Shown here: positions 49,355 to 61,868 of the stretch, piece by piece
Numbering within the stretch: position 1 is the stretch's first letter
Layout of the letters: the number at the start of each line of letters is the position of its first letter
Assembly (NCBI GenBank): GCA_034780895.1
Contig: JAUZTB010000062.1
Span: 26,355,347 to 26,419,346, forward strand
Direction: 5' to 3'
DNA length: 64,000 nucleotides
Source of the DNA: Rhynchobatus australiae
Taxonomy: Eukaryota
The notes under the pieces: model-generated
The model's input: the letters and a program-made list of their open reading frames with translations, nothing else
Told to the model about the DNA's origin: nothing
The model's database searches: none
Program-made: the position numbers and the translations under genes

Positions 49355-50250
49355 ACACATGAGCAGCATTCGCAAGAAAAACATAACTTAAACACAATTT
49401 TTATAAGAAAGAACACAATATAAGAAAGAACACAATAAGAACAAAAAAAAAGTCAATTTTAGTGCAAAGTGGTCATAGTGTTGCTAAACTCTAGTAATTA
49501 GGGTTGTGCCAGTTGGTTCAAGAACCAAATAGTTGAAGGGAAGTAGCTGTTCTTGAACCTAGTAGTGTGGGATTTCAGGCTTCTGTACCTTCTGTCTGAT
49601 GGTACAGTAGCTATGAGAAGATGGCATGACCTGGATGATGGGGATCTTTGATGATGGATGTTGCCTTGTAGATACTATCGATGGTGGGGAGGGATGTGCC
49701 AGTGATGTATTGGGTAGTGTCCATTACTCTCTGCAGCTTCTTATGTTCTTGCACATTTGAATTGCTGTACCAGACCATGATGCAAACAGTCAGGATACTT
49801 TCAACAGTACATCTGTAGTAGTTAGTATGTTCAGTGACAAGCCGTACCTCCTTAATCTACAAAGAAAATAAAGATGCTGGTACACTTCCTTGTGATTTCA
49901 TGTATGTGCACATCCCAGGACAGGTCATTTGATGTGTTAACACCCAAGAATTTAAAGTTGCCAACTCTCTCCACTGCCAGTCCCCCAATGTAGACTGGCA
50001 CATATTCACCCTCCTTCCCCTTCCTGAAGTCATCAATCTGCTCTTTAGTTTTACTGATGTTGAGTGACAGGTTGTTGTCACAGCACCACTGAACCAGGTG
50101 TCCTGTCTCGCTCCAGTAAACTGACTCATCTCCACCTCTGATTCATCCAACAACAGTGGTGTCATTGATGAATTTGGCGAATTTGTATCTGGCATTGGAG
50201 CTGTGCTTAGCCACACAGTCATGTGTGTCTAGAGAGCAGAGCAATAGAGT
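49355..50250 (-). mobile_element. Rex1/Babar-like LINE, RT domain to 3' UTR, frameshifted
   Basis: Minus strand LL.SL.THDCVAKHSSNARYKFA..DTTVVG.IRGGDESVY...LVQWCCDNNLSLNISKTKE. Confidence 0.85.
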
Positions 50251-50651
50251 AGGGTACAACACCAATCTATTCAATAATCATTATCTGCTGCTTCAACATG
50301 GTCCCTCACTAACTAACTTCTGCCACAGCTTGGTGATGATGGACACAGAAATGGCATTGATTCAGTGTTGTTCTGACAAGCCTGGGTGTTTCTTCCTGCA
50401 CAGGAGAATCATGCACAATATGACTAGCAATATTTAAATCTGTTGATGCAAACCTTCCTCAATATTAAATGGCCTTAAATCAGCTCTATGTTGATTTGAG
50501 CAAATTTTTGACTCAGATACGTTAAATTCCATGAAAATGTTTTTGAAAGCACATTGAGGTATGTGGGCACTCTTGCACCATGAGGAATCCACCTGTTCAG
50601 GGAAGCAGCCAAGACCACCCTCTCAAGGGCAGTTAGTTGTCAAAAACTAAA

Positions 50652-50785
50652 GGAAGCATCTGTGGAAAGTGAAACAGGGTTAACGATTTAGGCTGAAGAT
50701 CCTTCATCAGATCTTCAGTCTGAGTGTTTCCAGCATTTTCTGCTTCTGTTTCAGATTTCCAGCATCTGCAGTTTTTGATTTGCTT
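50652..50785. mobile_element. Inverted Penelope-like terminal-repeat remnants
   Basis: AGCATCTGTGGAAAGTGAAACAG arm, hairpin AGGCTGAAGATC-N8-GATCTTCAGTCT, then opposite-orientation GTTTCCAGCATTTTCTG..CAGCATCTGCAG. Confidence 0.7.
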
Positions 50786-52574
50786 TCCCTAATTTTTACT
50801 TCCTTAATAATTTTCCATTGTGTGCATATGGCCTTGGCTTGGAAAAAGCATTGTGAAAATTGCAAGTAATGTGTTAAAGGTAAAATGGATGTGTGTTTTC
50901 AGATTACTAAATCTTTCAATAATGAGAACAAGGAGATTACAGGGAACCTTCCATCTCCTTGGTCTAGCACACATACATCACCTGAAGTCAGTTCTTATTA
51001 CTCTTTCACAGCTTGAGCTTAGACACTCACTCTCTGCTGTGTGCTCTAAATGCACAGTGGAGTGGAGAATAAGTGTTCAACTCTTCTTTTCTGAAACACA
51101 ANNNNNNNNNNNNNNNNNNNNNNNNNNNNNNNNNNNNNNNNNNNNNNNNNNNNNNNNNNNNNNNNNNNNNNNNNNNNNNNNNNNNNNNNNNNNNNNNNNN
51201 NNNNNNNNNNNNNNNNNNNNNNNNNNNNNNNNNNNNNNNNNNNNNNNNNNNNNNNNNNNNNNNNNNNNNNNNNNNNNNNNNNNNNNNNNNNNNNNNNNNN
51301 NNNNNNNNNNNNNNNNNNNNNNNNNNNNNNNNNNNNNNNNNNNNNNNNNNNNNNNNNNNNNNNNNNNNNNNNNNNNNNNNNNNNNNNNNNNNNNNNNNNN
51401 NNNNNNNNNNNNNNNNNNNNNNNNNNNNNNNNNNNNNNNNNNNNNNNNNNNNNNNNNNNNNNNNNNNNNNNNNNNNNNNNNNNNNNNNNNNNNNNNNNNN
51501 NNNNNNNNNNNNNNNNNNNNNNNNNNNNNNNNNNNNNNNNNNNNNNNNNNNNNNNNNNNNNNNNNNNNNNNNNNNNNNNNNNNNNNNNNNNNNNNNNNTA
51601 AAGATGTAACCGGACTCTTGAATGCCAGCAGTGCCATATTGTACCATCTCCTACATCAGCTGGTGAAACAGGCATTATATTTATGTTTTCTTTGATATCA
51701 TTATTTGTCTGTACCTGCTATGACAAGATGGTTCAATCTTAGCCAATTGTCATTCTCAATGTATTACCAAAATAAACAGATTAATCAAGTGACTGGTGAG
51801 AAGCTGTCTACTTCAAGGGCAAGAATTTGATTGCAGAATGATTTAATGTCTTTCTTCCGAGGAGTTATATGACCCCACTGCCTCTCCCTGTCCAGGCAAT
51901 TCATCTGCAAGCTCGATGGTTACACAGAAACTAAACCAGCTCAGAGAAAAAAACCTTCCCAGACAAATTGGATGTCGACCGCTGGTATTACCTTAGACAT
52001 AGAGCAATTTCTTATCTAAGCCTTCAGCATCTCTAGGCTTTTAATGCAGACATGACCAGGCTGCTCCTGGGACAGTGTAAACTTACTTAAATCTTCAGGG
52101 CACAATCTGATTCTTTTTTCTGTAATAGCATCGAAACACTTTGCTGCAGGATACCTGGTGTAAGATTATTTTCATGCTGTCAGAATGTATGTGTACATCA
52201 TACACCACCTGTTTAAATCCCTGCAGCAATGGATTTAATGCTGCATGCTGGGAATGAGCGGGATAGAACAGATAGAATGGTGGTGCATCAAGCACAACAG
52301 GTGCCTGATTGGTGTTGCCGAGGGCTTTGGCCCAGCAAAGGGTTGGGCCACTATTGAGGCCACTAAGTAATGCAGGTAAGACCAGTAAAGCTATATTTAT
52401 TGTCCATCTCTGCATATGCTGAGAAGATGGTGTCTGGTTTTCTCCTGAACCCTTGTTAGCATTTTAGTTCTTGCTCAACATGAAGCTACAGAAACATTAA
52501 ATGGTTGAAGTTCAGAATAATAGAACTGTCATAGAAGTGGTGTCGTGGGACAGTGTAGGGGGAGAAGAGCCACA

Positions 52575-52790
52575 GAGTCAAAGATAGAAACTGCACAGAA
52601 AAAGGCCCCTTCANNNNNNNNNNTTTTACACTCATCCGATATTAATCCTATTTTTTTTATTCCCCCACATTCTCTTCAACTCCCTCCCCCACTCCCAAAA
52701 GCTCCGCACAGACAGCACCTGAGATCAGGATGGAACCCAGGTCTCTGGTGCTGTGAGACAGCGCCTCTACTCGCTGTGCCACTGTGCCAC
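52575..52790 (-). mobile_element. V-SINE, internally deleted
   Basis: CACAGACAGCACCTGAGATCAGGATGGAACCCAGGTCTCTGGTGCTGTGAGACAGC. Confidence 0.75.
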
Positions 52791-55700
52791 CCTGCAACAA
52801 CTTGCCCTCTACAGCGTGCAATGAATCAGTCTCCCAACTCAGGATAGTAGAAGGTAGAAAAAGAATATAGATTAATGTAAGTTAACATTTGAGAAAGATA
52901 ACTTTGCAGTATATCATGATGTACTGACACTTGTCAGTATTTTCCACCAGAGATGCAAGAATTAATGTTCTATTAGGTTAATAATAACACTGCCAATAAC
53001 ATTTAGAACGTATTCTTTCATCCAGCAAGCATTCCGTCTATCAGCATGTTTCTTCACAGTAGGTTTGCTGCAATATTTCACACAATGGTGGATTGCTGCT
53101 GTGTTGAGATGCTGGAGACATTCACATGATTTCCCTGGAAAGCTTTCCACTGTGCCTACTTTGCGTGGAGTTGAAATGCTATCAATAGTTTGGAAAGGCT
53201 CTGTTGCAATGCAGGCACAGTAGCAGTGGGAGGTGTGTGTGTAATGTGATTTATCTCAGGTTGCAATACCATCATTAACACTNNNNNNNNNNNNNNNNNN
53301 NNNNNNNNNNNNNNNNNNNNNNNNNNNNNNNNNNNNNNNNNNNNNNNNNNNNNNNNNNNNNNNNNNNNNNNNNNNNNNNNNNAACACTTCACAGGAACAA
53401 ACTGTTCCTTTGTATACTGGTCTTATTGTGCACCAGATCTCTGTGAGCTTCTTGGTACCTGGTGCATGTGTACAAACTTTTTTGCTGAAAGCAATAGACT
53501 CAGTTTAAATGTTAATCAAATTACACAAACATTTTTAAGATCCAAATAAGAGAACGCACAGAAATAAACAGAAAAAGGCTAATTTAATTTTGAAAATTCT
53601 ATTTCAAGTCTCATTTTTTTGCCTGAATGGATGAAGTCGCTGTGGCTGCTGATGTTGATTTATTCACCAGAACATGCTTCGGAGTGAAATAATATGACAC
53701 ACCCTTCAACAATTTTCCTTCCTTGCTTGCAAATTTAAGACATCTGGGCAATCATGTAAAACAAATGAACAAGCATCTCAATTGCAGCCCTCCTGACTTT
53801 TATTTCCACTGATTTTTTTTTTCTTTTACTGATTACATGCTACCTTACAAAATAGAAACAGGCCATCTGACCAGACTGTTCTATGACCATGCTCCACTTT
53901 GATGCCAGAGGTCTAGAGAGTGAACTTAGAGTGAAAGAAACAGGAACTTAAAATGGGATAAAGATAGCTGGGTGTTTGATGTCCAGTATGGACATAGTGG
54001 GCCAAAAGGCCTGTTTCTGTACTGTATGACCATAATTCTACAAATTTCAGCAGAGTTCGGCATTCATTTCTTTTGGTGTCTCAACTGTGGCAGGGGAGAA
54101 TCTTTTTGGTTATCAGAGCAATCTGTTATCATGGACCCAGCACCCAACCATTCTAAGGCTCAGGGTCTTGAAGGACCAAACCACTTCTTCTATTCCAGGC
54201 AAGAACATTTTTAGAAAAAATGAATTATTTGTCAGGATTTGTAACTAAAATTTCCCTTTTGGTTTCTTGAAAGTTTATCCACAGTTTGAAAAAATTCCCT
54301 TTACATGGTGTAAATTGTTGGCAAAACACCATTCGGTTTCATTCAAAGGTACATAAATATCACATCAAGCTGAGAGGCAAGCAGTACAAGGAGTGATTTT
54401 CCCTGCTACACAAGTCAGCTTGTTGAAACCTATTTGTGAGTCTGTGCCAACCAGAAGGTTAGGTATGTATTATAACCTCTCGCTGTTTGAAATCTGGCTC
54501 TGTTTTTTGTTTGAACTGTCACTTATACAATCTATGTTTTATTCTCCATTGGATTCAATCTTGTAAATTCTATTCAGTTCTATTCTATATTCTATATGTT
54601 ATTCAATTCCTTTCACATTTTCAGTATCGTTAGGTAATCCATCAAGCTTTCAATTTTGTACAGTGGATGCATTCAGGAGCTTCTGCAATGGCATAAATGG
54701 TTCCCACTTCTAAATAATCACTCAATGAAGGGACATAGCAACCGATAAAATCTTCAGCCTGTCTTTTTTGGAGCACTTAACTATGTGTGGTGAACATGCT
54801 GCTTGCTCTAATCAGGAATCAGAGCATCAGATCGATAATCTTCCTTCACTCGTTCTTATAGCTGTCTGCCTGAAAGGGTGGGAGAGGCAGAATCCCTAAA
54901 CACATTTAAACTGTACTTTGATCTGTATTTGAAAACCCATGAACTGTAAGGCTCCATACTAAGTATTAGAATGAGGGAATTGGCTGGAGATATCTTGTTA
55001 ACTTGTCTGAACATTGGAAAAATGGCCTTCTGTATTTAAANNNNNNNNNNNNNNNNNNNNNNNNNNNNNNNNNNNNNNNNNNNNNNNNNNNNNNNNNNNN
55101 NNNNNNNNNNNNNNNNNNNNNNNNNNNNNNNNNNNNNNNNTCCAGTGATTCTCCACTGCAAAAAAATGGAACATCCAAGAGAGAGAAACAATAAAAGACA
55201 CCATTTTATATTGCAAATGTAGTGGTCATACTTATTTGAAAATATCAAAGTTAATTAATTTTAAAAATTTGAAAAACTGTGAAGTATATTTATATTAAAT
55301 AATTAAGTAACAGGTTTGCTGATTTAATTGGTCTAATGTATACAATAATTCAGGGATCAAAGTTGACAATTAAGGTCAAGTACCATTCGTAACCACAGTT
55401 GCACTCAGCATGTGCAGTGATAATTTCAGTGGAATCAAGTAGCATGGAAGAGGGAATGCAGGGAAAGGTTGGTGGGTGTGCATGGAAAAAATAGAGAGAC
55501 AATGCTTTCAGATCATAAATCGTAAGTACAGTTGGTTTTGTGGCTTTCTGGAGTGATTATTTCAAAGTCCCAAGGTGAGCACCATTGTGTATTTCAATTT
55601 TATATTTGTAAATTAATTAATTTCTCTTTCCTGTCTCTAGTTTCAAAGCCACTGGTTCCCCTCTGGTGCCAGGTTTAAGCAGCAATTATTGAGTTAGGAA

Positions 55701-55964
55701 CTTCATGGTGAAAATAGTTCAGCTATTAAGATATGTTGGATAAGGGTGGCAAGAGAAAGCGGGGGATGGATCATGAGTGGTTATACCAGCAAAGATTGAT
55801 CTGGATTTCACTCGGCATCAAAAAGGTATTGACTGGTAGTCAGGAGCATTCGCCTTGGCCAGCTTGGTCTCCTTAGAGACATTGATTACAACTGCAGAAG
55901 CTTGAATAATATGCAAGCTGGTATAAATTTATTGACTGCACGTTGTTTTGTGCACATGCGCACA

Positions 55965-55966
<2 letters not shown>

Positions 55967-56013
<47 letters not shown>
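55967..56013. repeat. (CA)n microsatellite, ~23 units
   Basis: Read directly from the sequence. Confidence 0.97.
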
Positions 56014-56015
<2 letters not shown>

Positions 56016-56017
56016 GT

Positions 56018-56487
56018 TGAGCAATCATTTGGAAGCCAAATAGCCCTCTGCATGATTTTATGATTCATTTTGAAGAAGAGCACGAGGAGGCCATTAATGT
56101 TGCCTTCACCTGATGTCTGCACAAACCCATTGCCCAGCATAACTGACAGAATCTGACCAGAAGGAGTATCCATGGCCAAGTCTTTCTCTTTGTTCAAAGG
56201 CATGAAGTTCAGTTTCTTCCTACTTTTCCATGGCATTGCTGCACTTGCTCCTCCACCCACCCTCATGTTGCCCATGAATGCTCCGCCACCCCACCAGTAC
56301 ATATTAGAAATGTTTTTGTTTTGTATTGATCTGTATTGCATGGAAAATTGTTATTTCTTGCTGGCATCCTTGTTCCTTTGAGTGTGGCAGCTCTGAGATG
56401 TCTGGGATTAAAAGCCTCCTCATGCTCTTCTTCAACATGAATCATGAAATCATGCAGAAGGCTATTTGACTTCCAATTGATTGCTCA
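56018..56487. repeat. 81-bp inverted repeat: arms 56018-56098 and 56407-56487, 308-bp spacer
   Basis: Arm 2 matches the reverse complement of arm 1 at 73 of 81 positions, ungapped. Confidence 0.95.
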
Positions 56488-56969
56488 TCCCATCTCCTTC
56501 CATGACACTGGTTATTTTTTCCTTTTCAAGTATAAATGCAATTCCCTCTTAAACATTACTATTGAATCTACTTGCACCGTCCTCTCAGGCAATGTATTCC
56601 AGAAGATAACAACCGAGAAAAATAATTCCCTTCCTCTTTCTCCTGCTTCTTTTCCCAATTACCTTAAATCTGTGTCCTCGAGTCACTGAATCTCCTGCAC
56701 CCTTCATTCTACCTTTGGTTTCCTTTACTCTACTGATCAGCAGCAATGAAGAATTAATACTCGGTACTATTCTTGGTTTAAATAGGCACTCTCAGTTTAT
56801 TGCAAGTCTCCTCAGTTTGTTGAGCTCCTGAAGCCAGCTTTGAAGTTTACCATCCAGTTCTATAGGTGTAAATGGGTTTTGATGTAAAGAGGATACTTAG
56901 AGAATTGTTTTCAACTTCATTTTTCAGTCTAATTTAACATTTGCAATTGCAGATCACCAACCTATCACC

Positions 56970-57275
56970 CATAGACAGGGTGAAAATCTTTTTCCCGGGG
57001 AGGGGTGCTTAAAACAAGAAGTCATAGAAGTGAGAGATTTAAAAGGGACATCAGGGGCAGCTTCTTCATGTAAAGGGTGGTGCGTATTTGGAATGAGCTG
57101 CCAGAAATAGTGGTTGAGGCGGGCACATAAGCAACATTTAAAAGCCATCTAGATAAGTACATGGATGGGAGAGGTTTAAAGGACTTTGGGCCAAATGCAG
57201 GACGATGGGACTAGCTTCTGGGCAACACAGTTGGCAGGGATGAGTTGGGCCAAAGGGCCTGTTTCCATGCTGTAT
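56970..57275 (+). mobile_element. CR1 LINE 3' end
   Basis: RFKRDIRGSFF..RVVRIWNELPEIVVEAG; tail GAGTTGGGCCAAAGGGCCTGTTTCCATGCTGTA. Confidence 0.85.
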
Positions 57276-59952
57276 CCCATGTCATGACATGTTGATCTAT
57301 ATGCAAACTCTGGAGAACCTTTAACGTTGTAACAACAAGCTTGAATCACTTTGCTTTCTTATGGTACTGATGTGTTGTGGATCCTTCACTTTTCATTAAC
57401 AGTTGGAAAGTGCCCACTTACTCCATAGTTCCCATGGTGCTGAAACAACTCATTGAAAGCCACTTTCAGCACTGAATGCTTTGAGGTGAAATAAAAGGCT
57501 TAACACGTCACAGTGCTGTGCAGATCAAGACTTCTGAGACTGCTGAACATTCCAATACCGTTTGCCATTTTAAAATTTGAATCTTTAGAGACATCCCTTT
57601 ACTCAGGTAAAATTATTCCTTAGTTGCTACAAAGTTGCTGTTGATAGCTCATTTAATGAGATAATATGGTGAATTTCTCCACAGATTCGATGTCTCAGTC
57701 TTAATGGTTGACTGTGCCATGTAACCATTTGTATTTGGTAATAGGGGACTTCACTGACAAAATAATGCACTGGATCTGTTTGCTTGCTTTTGGGAATGTC
57801 TTTTACAATATTTGCATCAGGTTAATCCTTCTCAAAGACAAGTCAGTTTAGGAAGTTTGCCTGTGATATTGGTCCTTCACATCTTTCACACACCAGGAGC
57901 ACATATTTGTGAAAGCAGATGAGTAAAGTCAATGCTGAAGAGAAGTATGTTCAAGTGTATGGCATCAACATATATGGGTGATCTGGTAGCACTGGTACAT
58001 GCATCATAACAAAAAAGAAGGAATGTGCCAACATGAAGCAATTCATACTTGAATCTTATGTGAACAATTATGTCTCTGGATGCTGAACAAGTGACACTAC
58101 AGACTGCCTTGGAGAGTTTAGAGCTTTTAAAATTAGAAGCTGGCAGGAAAATTCTGCATGGCTCGGTATTCAAAAAGAGAGGCTATGTAGGTTTGGAAAT
58201 TGGACATTAATGCATGTATACAACTTGTTAGATTAGGGAACAAGGGAAGATCAAATTTTTCCTCCCATTAAATTTTGTTTAAGAAAATAGAAAACAATTT
58301 GCAAGAAGACTTCTACAACTTGAGAATCAATCCTTTTCGGCACTAAATCTAAATGGTAGTGTTACTGGATCAGGAAATGTAAATAACTGGATTTTTGTTC
58401 AGACTGGCTAATGGAATACACAGGGGTCTTCCAGTATTATGGAGATTCTGAAATAATCCTCTGGACAACAAGCAAATATCCATGCTTTCTAAAGGGATAG
58501 ATTAATGAGCCAAGAGAAATCTACATGTGCATAATTTATGACTCTTGTTAGTAATTGATATGGAAGCCAGGAAAGTTAAGAAACCCTTCAGAAGTATTCC
58601 CAAAACATCGTAAGTTTTGAAACTGTCTGATGTGCTGTGCAATTGTCAAAGATCATTGCTGCTTCTAGCCCCAGTGGCTTTCTGCTCTCATTTGATATTT
58701 TCATCCTGTCTTGACAGATCACGGAGCTTTCAGAGTGTGATATTCTGCAACCCTCTCTACTTGCATCCCTTTTGACTTTCCCCAGCGCTCTAAATGAAAA
58801 GTTTGCACTATTTCAAGCATCATAATATTTGATGCCATTTGAGAATTTGGTGAAGGTTTGGGTTGTAATTCATTGAAGAGCTACATAGTTGACCTAAACA
58901 AGGGATNNNNNNNNNNNNNNNNNNNNNNNNNNNNNNNNNNNNNNNNNNNNNNNNNNNNNNNNNNNNNNNNNNNNNNNNNNNNNNNNNNNNNNNNNNNNNN
59001 NNNNNNCATTTCATATTTGTTATAGGCAATGAAGAAAATATTAATATATTACCAGCTTTGCAATAGAGACTTTAGGGGAATTTAGGGCCTTCCAATAATT
59101 CTTTTGTTCTTCCAACCCTGATATTCATTGTTCCATTACTGATGTGCACTTGAATCACGAAGACACAGCAGGCTACGGATCAAGTGCTGGTAAAAGGGAT
59201 GAGTAAGAGGTACTTGATTGACCAAAGGGCCTGCTTCTATGCTGACTAGCTCTATAACTCTATTGCTCCATGAATTTATTGCCGGCCTTACTTTTGGTTG
59301 CTTGCTTACTAAACTTAGGCATGCTTTGTTGCCCCTCCAGCCCCAATTGCTCCTTTAACTCACTCATTAAAACGTATCTCTTTGATCAGGCCAGATTCAG
59401 ATTTAGTTTAGTTTATTGTCACATACACCAGGGTGCAATGAAATTTTTGCTTGTGTGAAGCTCACAGAGTAAACAATATACATGGTAATAATAAATACAA
59501 TAATAAANNNNNNTGACTAGTGCAATACCAACAAAATTGTGTGAAGTATAATAGTGCAAACTGAGGTAGCGCAGAAAGAAATGCTAAAGTGACAGTCTAT
59601 GTAGGTCAACACAAAATTCTGCCTGATAACACAAATGCTTTGCAATGCTTTTATTTTGTTAAGGTACTATACAAATGGAAGTGTAAAATAATACGTATCC
59701 AGGTAGAATTAAGGTAAGCTACTTTATTCTTCAGTTGATAAAGGCTACTAAATCTTTGCTTTTCTTTTTGAATCTTTGCTTTATGCTGGCCCTGATGGTG
59801 GTCATGAAAACAAGCAAGGAGTTGTACATTCTTAGGGAAGTGAATGCTTTAGTTCTCTCTGTGTTACAGTCCCAGTTCTCTCCATAAGGGAAAGAATACT
59901 TATTGAAAATTACTAATTTTACTTTGCAATATTGTTCAGAGATACAATGTCT

Positions 59953-60174
59953 GTTTTCCTTTAATTACAAACAACCATTGTTTTGAAGAAAAGCCGTGAT
60001 TTTCTTGACATTCTTGACGAGCTGCTCTTGAATCAGTTTTCTGATTGCAGAATTCGGCTGCTTAGCCTCAACATCAACCTTTTCAAAGACTATTCCTGTG
60101 GCATAGGATCTATCCCCAAATGTGTTGGTCTTCAGGCATGTCCCCAAATGTGTCTTCTTGTATTGTTTGTCATG
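59953..60174 (-). pseudogene. RPS23: Processed pseudogene fragment of 40S ribosomal protein S23 (uS12), approx. residues 23-97
   Basis: [69 protein letters not shown] matches vertebrate RPS23 (recalled) at about 50 of 69 residues, including KQPNSA. No intron; stop/frameshift after GCL; both termini missing. Confidence 0.93.
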
Positions 60175-60180
60175 TATTGT

Positions 60181-60480
60181 TAGCACTACAAACTTGCAGC
60201 TTCACAGACCAGGGTTCCGTCCTGCTGCCATTTGTCTGGAGTCTGTACATTTTCTCTGTGACTACATAGGTTTCTCCTGGAGTAGTCAGTTTCTTCCTAC
60301 TTCCCGAAGGGATGCTGGCAGTTGGTTAACTGGCAACTGCAAGTAGCTCCTGATGTAGGTGAGTGGCAGGAGAATCAGGTGGATGGGATGGGGATGAGAG
60401 AGGAAAAAGAATGGTATTAGTGTAGATGGCTGCTGGATAGTTGATGCAGAAGTGGTGGGCTGAGAAGCCCACTTGCATTC
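60181..60480 (+). mobile_element. V-SINE abutting the RPS23 fragment
   Basis: GACCAGGGTTCCGTCC...GGAGTCTGTACATTTTCTCTGTGAC...GGTTAACTGGCAACTGCAAG. Confidence 0.75.
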
Positions 60481-60962
60481 TATATAATCACCTCCTCCCA
60501 CCATCATCTGTCTGTCCTCCTCCCATTCTTCAATTGCTCATCCTAAGACTGAATCCAACCCCATTCCCTTGACCATTTGTCTCCTCCCTGTACTTGCCCT
60601 ACCTGTGCTGCAGCTGTGTACAGCCATCTGTCCTCTGCATGAGCCGGGTTAACAATCCCAGTCTGCCCATAGTCATTGATCCTTTGTCCAGGTTTGATGT
60701 CACACTTTCTTCCTCGAAGCTCAGTTCTCTCTTTCTGATGCCTTCTAATTCATTCTCTAAAACCCTCTGCCCAACTGTTTACTTCTGTTTATTCCATGAT
60801 GGTGGAGTTAAAGGAGGAAAGTTCTTTCTATGGTGAAAATGTGCCAAGCCTATTCCGTTGTGCACAATGTCTTGGCCCTCATGTACGATAGAATTTCACT
60901 GTTAGATATCTCATACAAAACTAGTGAGGACCCGAAACACCATCACTTTAAGCATCATTTTA

Positions 60963-61260
60963 GGCATCACAGGGTTAGCATATCGCTTTACAGCACCAGT
61001 GACCCAAGTTCATATTCGGCCACTGTCTGTAAGGAGTTTGTACGTTTTCCCTGTGTCTGCGTGGGTTTCCTCCAGGTGCTCCGGTTTCCTCCCACATTCC
61101 AAAGATGTAGGGGTTAGGAAGTTGTGGGCATGCTACTTTGGCGCAGGAAGCGTGGCAACACTTGCGGGCTGCCCCCAGAACACTACGCAAAAAGATGTAT
61201 TTCACATCTGCTTCGATGTACATGTGACTAATAAAGATATGTTATCTTACCTTCTATCTT
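60963..61260 (+). mobile_element. V-SINE variant with Rex1-like tail, relatively young (CpGs retained)
   Basis: GGAGTTTGTACGTTTTCCCTGTGTCTGCGTGGGTTTCCTCCAGGTGCTCCGGTTTCCTCCCACATTCCAAAGA; tail TTTCACATCTGCTTCGATGTACATGTGACTAATAAA. Confidence 0.88.
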
Positions 61261-61719
61261 CCAATGAGCTCTTCGTTATTAAAAATGTGTCCTATTGTTC
61301 GCAAGCTGCAAATAATAGGTCTCCGTGTGTTGAAGCATACATAATAAGCAAATATTAGGAGGTTAAAAACTGTAGCACGATTTAGAATCTGCAATGGCAA
61401 TGGGCAAGGTTTGGACTGGATTGTTTCTCTCCATCCATTTGATCTTACATACATTAGATGGGTTTGGTTAAGATTGGGCAATGTTAACTTCAATCTGCTA
61501 AAGGTGGTGAAGTATTAGGTGTTATGCAGGAATTAATTTTAACCTCACACTCCAGGGCAGGGCAAGATCAGAGGGAAGAAATTAGGTGAAATATTAGTGT
61601 TACAATATACCTAAATGATTATCTTCATATTATCTGAACAACACACTGTAAATTAAATGCTTTTTGTCATTATCATCACATTGCGAGTGAGACACGATTT
61701 TGTTGCCACTTTCCGCATT

Positions 61720-61868
61720 GTCAGTATGGATTGGTAGTAACATCACCTCCTCGCTGACAATCAACACAGGCACACCTCAAGGATGTGTGCTTAACCCAGT
61801 CCCCTACTCTCCCTACACTCACGAATGTGTGGCTAGGCACAGCTCAAACGCCATCTATAAATTTTGTC
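61720..61868 (+). mobile_element. Rex1/Babar-like LINE RT fragment
   Basis: SVWIGSNITSSLTINTGTPQGCVLNP..YS.YTHECVARHSSNAIYKF. Confidence 0.85.

Noticed and set aside
55886-56341. 151-aa minus-strand ORF
   Set aside because: Runs through the (TG)n microsatellite (VCVCVC) and an inverted-repeat arm; no homology
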